Assembly: GCA_973895155.1 (NCBI GenBank)
Contig: OZ316895.1
Coordinates: forward strand, 12,345,929-12,409,928
Length of the DNA: 64,000 nt
DNA from: Marsupella aquatica
Taxonomy: Eukaryota; Plantae; Marchantiophyta
Direction of reading: 5' to 3'
Numbering within the stretch: the first letter of the stretch is position 1; every line of letters begins with the position of its first letter. Positions 28,863-39,771 of this stretch are shown here, one piece after another. The notes under the pieces are model-generated. The model made no database searches and was not told the DNA's origin. It was given only the letters and a program-made list of their open reading frames with translations. The translations under genes and the position numbers were made by a program.

Positions 28863-29713
28863 CGAATACACCAAACTTAAAAGAAAAATACCGGAAACTT
28901 GTCTGTTGTTAAGCAAGAACTTGACACCCAAAACGGGGCTTTTAGAAGATTGTAGTCAAGTCCAAAAAATTGATGTAGAATAGCAACAGGCGCTCGAATA
29001 CTAAGCCGAGGGGAACGGTACATTTGAACCTGGGTTATACTGAAAAGCACATTAATTCACCAAGCGCTGCCATTGTAATTGTACAGAATGGAGCTCTAAA
29101 CAAGAAACTATGGCGCGTCCGTCGGACCGGTGCAGATACTAGCGCCGGGCGCTAGTTATATCGCTCAGTCAGACAGAGGCCGATGTGATAAATACGACGA
29201 AACCACAGGGACAATCGGACCGGCATTTAGGGTTATACATCCAAAAGAACCAACTCCAACCAATTCGCATAATTGAACGCCACCCCAAAATCCACAAAGT
29301 CTTGCAATACAATTTTTTTAAGTAAGATGGTAGCGCCAGGAGCTTACAAAAGATCAAAGTGATCCGCATAACCACACCGTAAACGGAAGGTATGAAAGTT
29401 TCAAAAAGCTACGCGCATCCGACGCCTCTCGCTTAAAACGGCCGAACAATAAACTAGTGCTAGGCACTTCACCGAACTCCACACAATCGAGTTCCAAAAT
29501 GGCTACATCTAACAACAAGATTTCTAAATTCTGGTCGAGTCCCGATGAAGTCTTCATCACATTGGGAAAAACATGAGCGCAATGGGCACCATAGTCTTAT
29601 CGACCAACGCTAGCGTCGGGTGCTAGTCCACTCATTGGTCGATGAGCCACATTCATCGTTCACTCCAGCATTAGATCGGGCCCTATCTGGAACGAAACCG
29701 TGCTCACGGTTCC

Positions 29714-30085
29714 TCACGAACGCCATCGACGGAACTCGCTCATCACCGGTTCGGGGAAACACGCCAGGATGGTCGTGTTCTGGAAATTAACACGGCCAAG
29801 TTCTTCCTGTTTCCTCATCTCATCCTCCCGAGTTGGACTGTAAGGAGGAGGTGGCCAGTGAATCGTAAACCGCTCTGCAAATCTCCTAGGCGGAGAATCC
29901 CTCAGCCATGGGATCAGATTGTCACCAGGACTAATGGCTTCGTCTTGGGGGAGACTAAAACGGTTGCGGAAAGTAGTTGTCTCCGACCATTCAGGTTGCT
30001 CAGTTTCTAGAACCGAGCCCTCCTTTGAAATGATTGTTGTGTGTCTCTGAAAAGAGGCCACGGAGATTCTCCTCGGGTTATTCAT
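29714..30085 (-). other. Possible third cargo ORF of the transposon (123 aa, unknown function)
   Basis: ATG-initiated ORF inside the element, same strand as the methyltransferase-fold gene. It ends at a TGA that could be a mutated CGA. No recognisable domain. Confidence 0.3.
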
Positions 30086-31084
30086 GGTAAGACACCTCTA
30101 GGCAGCGGATGGCAGATGCAAAGATATAGTTCTCAATACGACCCTGGTCAGCGAAAGAGCTCGAAGATTATCGAAAGTGGGAACAGAAACCACTAAAGCA
30201 GTAGCAAAACTAGGCAGTCGGGATTTAATCTCCCAAGTATTATAAGCAAACACGTTCAACCTGGATACGCCCATCGAAATGAGGGAGGGGTTGGACGTTG
30301 CACCTTCAAAGTCCCCAAACTACCCGTTCAACATGGAACGGTCACTCCCATCTCACATGATAGTTGCGACGTTTACCATCCCAAAATTGTTTCTGGCATG
30401 CAAAGTCCCGTTGTGACGTGAAGTGACCATTTTTACGAGAAAAATCCGGTACCAGCTCACATGCGAGTCGCGACAGGCCGAATGAACTTAGAACGGGACA
30501 AAAGATTACCTTGAAACTTCCAATGACGTCATCCAGAGCGTACGGGAGAATCATTGTAAGATAGCCTTGACCGTCATACAGTTATAGTAGCGCCCGACGC
30601 TAATATTAGAGTATTAAAATGTTTACGTTAATAACAGAAGGAACAAACAAAACAATTGTCGCTGACATGTGGAAAACACTTAACGGACAATGTTTCCGAA
30701 ATATGTTTTGCTAGCACCAGGCGCTAGCATAATTCAATTGACAAATAGACACAAAATAAGCGGAGTTGCAGGTCAATTGTTTCCGACCAATCGGAATGTC
30801 CAGTCTTAGGAAGTAAACCTACCCTGAAATGGACAACAGAAAATTGAAAAATATGCGGGTATATCATCATGGACATTAAATTATGGTAGCACCAGGCGAT
30901 ACCATAAAAACATTCGAATATAGAGAACATAATAGAATAAAGATACACCAAAAAAGTATTCAATGTATCGAATACATTTGAATAAACGATGTTTCCAGGT
31001 TACATAACAGTAGCGCCCGGCGCTAGTATAACTTCAGTGTATATAAATCCCAAAATACCCTTTCGAGGAAAATCAATCTGAGAA

Positions 31085-34000
31085 TTATGATTCACTTGAC
31101 TCGGACCTGTCGGTGGATTCTGCCTCCATGTCTAAAAATTTGTTCTCGGCCATATCATCAACATATCGACTACGAATAAATTTTCTATCAGACCCTCTCC
31201 TTAATCTCAAACCTTTATGCTCCCAATGGAGGGTCCGCGCACTATCAGCTCGTCTAGCAATATTCTCAGCATAGGAAGGTAGTACAAATGGTTTCTCGGG
31301 AGTTTTAATATATCGCCTAGCTACTTTCCTTCTGAGTTTGAAACGCCGGCGAAGATTCCAGTGTGACCTGAGGACGAGAAGTTTAGGGTTTTATGTCAAC
31401 ACCAAGAATATTTTAAAAACCAAAAAAAACGAGAAATCTAAGAGAGAATAAGGTAATGTACTAAAAAACCAAAAAACAGGGTTTTCTTAAGAGCTTACTC
31501 GAAAGCTTCTTACTCAGAAGAGTCTCCGCTGTCACTCCCTCCATTAGATCCTGGATCTTCTCCGGTAAGAGACACTTTGGGAATGTTAGGATCCTCCTCT
31601 TCTTCCCCCTCTTCTGTCTCATCCTCATCATCAGAATCAAAATTTAAGACAGACTTCAGTTTGTCTCTCTTTCGTTTTGAAATAGAAGACTTTGGAGGGG
31701 ATTTGGGCTCATACTCTTTTGGAGTAAGAAGATCCAGAAATACCTTAGAAGCAGTTTCCACAAACTCCTTCCTATTCTCGAGTCCAATTACAAAACGACC
31801 ACAATTATCACCTGCAACAAATGTACTCCCCGAACCTACAGCCCAATCCAGAACAATATCTCCTGGACACGTAATTAGTTCCAACATAGCCTGCATGAAT
31901 CCTGGATGTAGTCTGGCATTCCCGGAAAATTCAAGCTCCGGAGTTGTATCAACCTTCGCGAAGGGAAGTCCAATCAGATTTGTAATGGAAGGATCCTCTG
32001 TTTTTGAAAGGGGTTTGAACTTAGGATCTTTTGGGACTTTCACCTTGGATGATATCCGTGAAAATACATCCAAACGTAAAGTGAATACTTGAAAAGGGAA
32101 CAAAATAGAGGAAGGACCCTTAGATTACAATAGCGTCGGGCGCTAGCAAATAATCCACAAAATCAAGTTGAATAATTTACCTGAAATAAGGTCGAATAAA
32201 AAGGAAAGTAATAGATAATATGAATAGCGCCGGGCGCTAGCAAAAGGATCAATAAAATTACCTGTAAATCAGACTTCGCTTTGTACATTGGGAACCCCAT
32301 GACGACATTATGTGTACATAGACACTGGAATTTCTTGGACTCTTGACAAGCGGAGATGACCTAAGAAATTTGATCATACTCCCCCGTATGGAGTATCGCA
32401 ATAATTCCGTCATCCGACAAAAAAGGATCCATTGCCCGGAAAAAGGATCGGGCTAGGGTACAGTCGGGGACGTTCCATTTAGGGACCTTTCTGTCAAGCA
32501 AAGTCGGTTTTAGTCCAGTTGGCAAGTAAATAAAACCAGCGTCAACACCAAAAGGTCTTTGCTTCCCACCCCTCACCACTCCTTTCAGCCGGCATCCAGA
32601 TTTGATCAGGTCTTTCCCCCACTTTTCGGCAGCATTTACCCATTCCAGCTTCTCCTCCTTATTAAACACACTGTCCACAAGTTCACTGACACTGGTCTCA
32701 ACGAAACAATGACGAGACGACTTGGCTTTAAAATCCCCAACATCACGTTGGAGCCCAGTGGCAGCTTGAGAATCCCGTTCTGATTGTCCAGCATCTCGAG
32801 TCCTTCTGCTTTTCTTTTTTGTACTCGTCGCATCGACTGGGACAATCGATTTCCCAGAATTAACTGGTGTAAGTGGATCTGGCAAAGCGCCAGTATTTGC
32901 TTCTGAAGCTTCTGGAGTAGCCTTCGTATCATCTGTGCCATCTGCATCTGACTTCTTTTGACCTATGGACATATTGCAAAGAATGTGGGATTAGGGCCTT
33001 CAAGCAAACATTGATGAAGATTGAATCACAAGAATGGTAGCGCCGGGCGCTAGCAAACATTTGAAAAAAGATGGAAAACTTATGTTTCTTTCCGGATCTC
33101 GTGGAGGCACTTGGCAATGCAGTGTCTATTTTAACTTTCCCTCGTGGCTTGCGGCTCCTATCTACATGGACAACTACTGTCTCACAGATTGTCTGTAACT
33201 CCGTATAAGATTTATCGACGTCGCTAAGGAGACCTTGCTTCATCTCAGAAACAATGTTGGGAAGGATCTGCGACTTTGCAAGTTTCAGAAACCAATCCTT
33301 CTCCACTTCATCAAAGGGTGAATCCCACTTGTCTGTGTCAAGGTACCATGGGCAGTGAATTCTTTCCCAATCGGACATTTCCCTTGGCGGTAGTTTACCC
33401 TCGGCAGGATACATCGAGTATAAGTCACAAACAAGATCTCCCTCCTTTACAGTAATCCACTTGTGAAATGCGGCTGGATACGACCAAAGAGCATCCGGGG
33501 AATGAATTTCCATCCAAATGTAGAAACGATACAAATACCTCTTGGCCCTCTTCTGATTTTTCTCGGTATATACCTCTTTATCAGGGTATTTTGATGGCCA
33601 CATGGTGTTGAAGAACTTTGCCTTCACAAGATCCCCATACCTTCGGAATTCACTTGAAATTACTTCAATCAGATTTTCTACCGAGTCACACCCTGACTGG
33701 GCAAGCCTATCAACCGGTAGCGTTTCAATCGCTGTGGATATTGCCGAGTGTAGCATCCCAATTGCAATTCCCTCGACGGTATTCCATGTTTGCCATGTGT
33801 GGCACCACTGCTTCACTGGATCATCGTTCACACTCGAAGGGTGGAAGAATTGTTTTCTCAACTCTGGAGTACATACGAGCAATGTACACCTCAATTTTGG
33901 ATCAAGCGCCGAAACTCCAGTGAAGAGTCTGGCACGGTCCATAGTGCAAACAACCGAATCTAGTTTTTTCTCTCGCTTGTTTTTCTCTGTCAAAACATAC

Positions 34001-35341
34001 ATCTCTGCACAGGTACCTAGAAAATCTTCAAACTCAGGACTAAGAAGAGGAGTGATTTTGGACGTTTTTGTGGACCAATCTTTAGTAGATTCTTTCAACA
34101 TGAGCGATTGCCGCTTTGTGATGTCATCAGCCGACCAAGGATTGCCTTGACTTGCTGCCAGTGCCATGTCCATCTTGAACTGGTTAGTGTAAGCTTTGAT
34201 TTTGTTTTCGCATAAAATATAGACTAGAGCTTCCAGAGGCATTTTTATTGTGTACCAAGAATGTTTTCGAGTCTTCTGTTTGATATACTCAAACTTTGCA
34301 TAATTGGCGCTGTCAATGATAGACTTGTAGTGCTCTAGATCGTGAGAAAGAATCCTCCGGATTCTGTCTGCGTCAAGTATCCACGACGGTTCAACAACGG
34401 CCTGCCCTAACCTGCAATAGGTCAGGTTTTCAATTATTAGCGCCGGGCGCTAGCTTAACTTAAACACTCAATTAGCCTATAAACACTGTATTATTTTATA
34501 AACACTCCATAAACACTATATTTATGTAATCAACAAGTATTGCGGAAATCGTTAATTACAAGCTAGGGCAAAAAACGTACTGGTTCACAGTGTGCATAGC
34601 CGCCTCAATCTGAATTTGTGAAGCTTTGTCGCCCTTGAAAATGGTGCAGAGAACTCTGGGATGATACTTGACGTTGTCAGGATTTTCCTTAGTGACCATC
34701 GTCCACGAGTAAAGTCGATGATTCCCGTCGAACAATGAGAACATTTTGTCTTTCAAGATCATAAAGGCAGGATCTGCCTCGCACTCCAGCTCAAACTTCT
34801 CGTTCTCAGCAACCCAAATTGGATCCCAACTCTCCCTGATCTCTTCATTGTAGATTTGCTCCACACCATCCGAATCGGTCGGCTGTACAAAAAACCGCAT
34901 TCCTATCCTGGGATTGTATCCACTACTTCGGAATGAGTCTTTCAATTTCTCAATTGACGCACTCTCCTTCTGTAACGTCCGAACAACCTCCATGTGGACC
35001 AGGCGACAAAGCGGAATCCGTGGAGGTTCCTTCTCATTACCCCAAAAATCTTTCCCAAACGACATAATGTGTTTGGAGATGACTTCATCCATTCCAAGTC
35101 CTACCTCGTTGCCCTCTCCCAAAGCGTAATCGGTCATGCCATCAGTCTCCATTCTGCCCCTTCTTGGCTTCTGGCTTGGGAGTGTTGTGTTCGACGAAGG
35201 AATCGCTCCGCTCGATCTTGTAACACGACGCGAATAGAATGCCCCAGAGAATGAAGATTGTGTACTCTCGCAATGACCCTGATCTCCCTCCGGAATCGTG
35301 GTATACCCTCTTGGAGAGCTTGGAGCGCTTGAAGGTTGCAT
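31085..35341 (-). pseudogene. Transposon cargo gene: ParB/Srx-like domain + helical region + beta-class (N6/N4) DNA amino-methyltransferase fold, ~1215 aa, 3 point lesions
   Basis: Model 35341-34581, 34411-33084, 32962-32262, 32088-31514, 31367-31085 = 3648 nt, all phases consistent. ParB-like: IPLCRL..VVR..IEKLKDSFRSSGY..FSLFDGNHRLYSW. MTase order: motif-IV position VDAGFIYLPTG, FLSDDGIIAI, then LELITCPGDIVLDWAVGSGSTFVAGDNCGRFVIGLE (motifs X/I/II). Lesions: donor GT>AT at 33083, inferred CAG>TAG at 32361-32363, acceptor AG>AA at 32089. Start codon is tentative. Confidence 0.8.
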
Positions 35342-36238
35342 CGTGGAGCCCCAAAGTTTGCGAAGGTGCTTGTACGACACAGAGCCAGTGTCTATTCTCA
35401 CGCTCTGAACAGATTACCGTACAAAAAGAACAACCAGGAAACGTTTAAAACTTGGGTGGTTGACATCATGGGAGGTAGATCGATGCGGAAGAAAAGGATC
35501 TCACTCACCAATCATGACAAGGACAAGTGGCCGATACTGTTTAGAATGAGTATATGTAACGCCTCTTTTTAACTGGGGTACGGGAGGAGCGACGATCCGT
35601 AGGCTATTGTTAAGGAAGTCAATTGCAAAAAGTGTGAAACAATGAGTACGTTCATGCACTTTACCGTTAGATATAACCGTTGGGATAATACAAGTCATTC
35701 CTTTCGATACTAGCGCCAGGCGCTAGCATTCAAAAACCAACAAAATAACATCATTAACACTGATATTAGCCATGAAATTATGTCAGCGCCCGGCGCTAAC
35801 TATATTTGATACGTGTATATTTCCTACAAACAACAATTATATAAAACAAACTCAATGTCTTTTGACATTTCTGTTATTCCAATAAAATTAATAGAGTTTT
35901 GAACCATTAATTGGATGTGGATTAATGATAGCGCCTGGCGCTAGCATATGAAGTTTGGTTTTAGGTTTTAATTCCATGACATATTTATGGTAGCGCCGGG
36001 CGCTAGTCAATATCTGATCGTGTTTCTCAAACTATATTATTGATGTTACCAGTACGTAGTGACGTTGGCAAAACGACAAACGACATTTATGTTTCTACAT
36101 TTTACGACTAGTACCAGTTTTGTCGTTCACAAACGATAATCTTCTGGAGTTTGTTACGAATTCACTTAACTTAAGTCGGGTTATGTTCTCCTCTTCTCTC
36201 ATTTTCTCTGTTTTCCAATTCGGGATTATTGTTCCGCA
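35342..36238. promoter_or_regulatory. Putative bidirectional promoter between cargo gene and transposase, with 4 palindromes
   Basis: Head-to-head ORFs flank an AT-rich spacer with palindromes at 35711, 35784, 35929 and 35991. Promoter function is inferred. Confidence 0.5.
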
Positions 36239-39200
36239 ATGTCTAATTCAGTTGTGCTTCTGCGTTCTGGAACTGGAGAGATTGTACGCATTCCTTTAGG
36301 TTCTTCCGATACGTACAAACAGGTTAGTGAGAACTATCTTTGTGGAAGATTTGACATTGGCATCAATGACATTCTTTCCATCAAACCTGTTGATGCTTCT
36401 GGAGACGAGGCTGGTGACGCATTGTTTGATATCGACGATGGAGTCAGATTTTGGCACCTGACCGCTGGGAAGAGATACTATATCAATCTTTGAGATAATT
36501 CCGTTACGAATGAAATTCATCCGGTTCCCGTCATTCACCTTTCCGATAGTGATGAGGAGGATGTTGCCGTTCATTCGCAAAAATTGCCCAATCCGGGAAC
36601 TTTGGTCAAGATGGAAGGTCAGTTTCCTTCCGAGGCACACGTTGTGGGGGGTGTTGCGAAGACACACGTTGTGGGGGGTGTTGCGGGAGGTATTGTCTAT
36701 CGTCGAAGCGCGATGGATGCTATTCTCAAATCAACTGGCCATAGTGAACTATCGCGATTCATCTGAACATGTGATTTCAGGCATGAGCAAGTGAATTGCC
36801 TCCCAAGCAAATACAATGGAAACGTTGTATTTGAATTGCCTCCCGCAGAAGGTCTTCTTTCAAAAGGTTCAAGACTCCGTGACATGGATCGGCCGAAAGA
36901 CTGCTACTTCTGGACACGAATATTTCCAACCTCTACGAATGTACAACCAAAAAAGTTCTGGGAATTTGGTAAAGTGACGTGTACAGGAGCACTAGAATGT
37001 CAGAATCAGAAGTGTGATTATCTTTTGCGGAAGAAACGAAGAAATTGTAAAGCTTGGGATGGGACACCCAAACTCGCGGGGCCACATACCGTAGGAAAGA
37101 TGATTGACGAGGGTGGCGTAGTTTGTCACTATTGCCAACGATTACCCTTTTGTACTGAAGCATGTCCTGCAATGCTTTTTTATATGTACCCTCAACTACT
37201 TCTAGACGCGGATACTTGTAAGCATATGTCCCGTCTTGCTGTGCATGTCGGAACTCATGCTCACCCTAGTCGAAAAGTTTTTTCTCGTGGTGCTGAAAAG
37301 ATTGCTCACAACTTCATAAAGAAACAACATGAAGCTACGCCGTGTGCCACACCATTGGGTCTGAAGAACGCTATAACTGGATCTTTAAGGAAGGCTCTTT
37401 GTGTGTCCAACAATGACATTGGTGAATTGGAGGAAAGAGAAATTTGGGAGTCGTTAATGGTAGTTTCGACCCCTCAAAAGTTCGCATCTCTTTTTCGAAG
37501 CGTTCGGCAAGACCAAAAAGGCAAAGGTGAGTTGGAGTTTCTTGTTGAAATGCAGAAATGCATAATCTTTCCCTTTCTACAACGTTACATGCTCCCAGGT
37601 CAAGGCTGTAAAGAGGATAGGCCACATATTTTCAAAATGACTGTAAAAGGGCACGGATCCGGAGTTGATTTGTTGCGCCAAATGCAGCCTGGAGGTCCAT
37701 TGGAAGGGGCATGGGTCAGTTTTGATGTGATGAGGAGGATGACAAAAGATTGGATAACTTTTAGTGCACATGTTTATGATCACAATTATCGTGCTCTTTG
37801 CACAATTTTCACATGTGAGTTGAAAGCAGAAGATTCAGAGTCTCTAGAGAAAGCCTGGAAATTGATGATTGAGGTTTGCCATGAAAATGGGTTGGATAAT
37901 GTTGTGATCCATGGATTCATGGCTGACAATGCCCAAGCTGGATGGAATGTTGTTCGGAATATATTTTTCGGAGGACATCCTAACCCAGAAAAGGGATGTT
38001 CAACATCCAGTAACCACTCGAACTCATACTAGCGCTTGGCGCTACCATTATTTTCAGTTAGTGTGGTCTCGTAGGTTTCGTTCATCATTATCTTGTTTTT
38101 GATACTAGCGCCCGGCGCTAGTATTAATGGACCACTTGTTTCTTAAATTTAGCAAAAATATAGTTTGAATGTTGCTAGCGCCAGGCGCTGTCATTGACTT
38201 TATGTACATGTGGCTAAGTCATTTCCTAAACTCTGCTGCTATGGTGGATGCAGAACAAAAGCGTGGAGGAAAGCGCTATGATTCCTAACTGTACTACTTC
38301 AGAGGCGGCGCATTCCATAATGAAGGCTTGGCAAACTAAGAAAAAGGCTGGCCTATTCGAAGCATGTGAGATGGACCAAAACAGGGGTGTCTCACAAGTT
38401 GCAACATATACGGCGTATAAGAGAGGTCTTCACCGAGGAACCAGACCTACAATTTGGGAATTGGCATTCCGTTCGGCGGACCAAGCAGGTTCTTCAAAAC
38501 TTTTCCAAGATGCTTCCAATATGCTTCTTTCCGGTGCGGCTGAATTCGACCTGGAAAGGAGTGGTCCACTCAATGGGGATGTTACAACAAAGTCTATGAA
38601 GAGGAAAGGTCAGGCCTCTGGGAACATCTCGGCACAAGACTCCCATCGGCATGACACTATTCTTGTAACATCACCAAATACTCGAGGTATGAAGAGGAAA
38701 AACTTAAACAAGACCGAATTCTCCCCGAATGCAGAGGGACCTGTTCACGATAACATTGGCGTTGTGGATCTGTCGGAAAGCGAAATCGAAGAAGGCTGTC
38801 ATTGGAGTACTCCGCCGTGGAGGAGGGTGACAAGGTCTTCTGTAGCACCGCAAAGTGCACCTCCGAACCTCCAAAGGGTTGTCCATGACTCATCTGTGTT
38901 GGAGACTGACGTGCGACCAGGTGCTTGGCACCTGCGAAGAGTGACAAAACATGGTGCAGGGCCTCAATGTAATGGATCTCTTGGTGGTAAATCGGAACGA
39001 GATGACTATCGAAATCATCTTAAAAAGGTTGGTTACTCGTCAACGGATGGTGTAGTTGGCATTGTTGTCAAAGTACATCGCATGTTCAGGGGAGAACCAC
39101 ATCCTGAGATGATTTGGTTCTGTCCCAATAATTCATGCTATAAGAGTCGGCCCCGTCGTAATGTGGTGAATCTTCCCCCGTTTCCTCATACCCTGCCCGT

Positions 39201-39771
39201 TTTGAAGGGCACGAATCTTTCGGAAGCTGAGATCCAATTCCTATCTCAGCAAGGGATTGCGATCAATCCAGAGGCCGGACGTCAGGCTCCTCCATCTCCA
39301 TTTGACTTGCGAATCAATGTGAATGTTTTCCCTGAGAAAATCAATCTCCTGGAGCCAAATATCCGCCTTCGGAGTAGGAATGGTAAAAATACAGTCCCAC
39401 GTTCAAATCTTTCACAAGGACACAACAAAAGAATTGAATCTGCAAACAACGAGTTGATGACACTTATTCAACAGTTTGATGTTTCAATCGGAAACTCTTG
39501 GGGCAAACAATTTCAGATCCAGACCCAAGAGAAACTTCGTACGGCAAACACTTACTGGGTGCAGATTTGTATTTTCCCCTGCTGTTCTTGTGAGGACTTC
39601 TATCGTCGCCATTCTCATGGACGGCCTTTCATGCCTTGCAAGCATCTATATTGGGTTTATACCAACGTCCTCAAACTAGATGTCGTGGATTCAACTTTGG
39701 CTAGTCAGCCAATTTTGACTGTAGGTGAGGTGAGGCTCATTCTAGCTAGGCAGAATTCTCTAAACTTATAG
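36239..39771 (+). pseudogene. MULE-like DDE transposase with N-terminal GCM/WRKY-like Zn domain and C-terminal SWIM finger (disrupted)
   Basis: ORFs 36239, 36584 and 36791 share one frame, broken by TGA at 36491 and 36764. The Cys/His region CTGALECQNQKC..CHYC..CPA..HVGTHAHP is GCM-like. MULE-like core WVSFDVM..ELKAEDSESLEKAW..GFMADNAQAGW. After an intron (~38010-38253) come IPNCTTSEAAH (third acidic residue) and SWIM CSCEDF..PCKHL. Confidence 0.8.

Noticed and set aside
29835-29860. PPPY in ORF 29714-30085 as the missing MTase catalytic motif
   Set aside because: It lies in a Pro-rich stretch downstream of the MTase gene's stop, without a preceding hydrophobic strand ending in D/N/S.
33602-34150. 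182-aa plus-strand ORF (also 31577-32092 and 59965-60486)
   Set aside because: Antisense shadows of real minus-strand coding exons.
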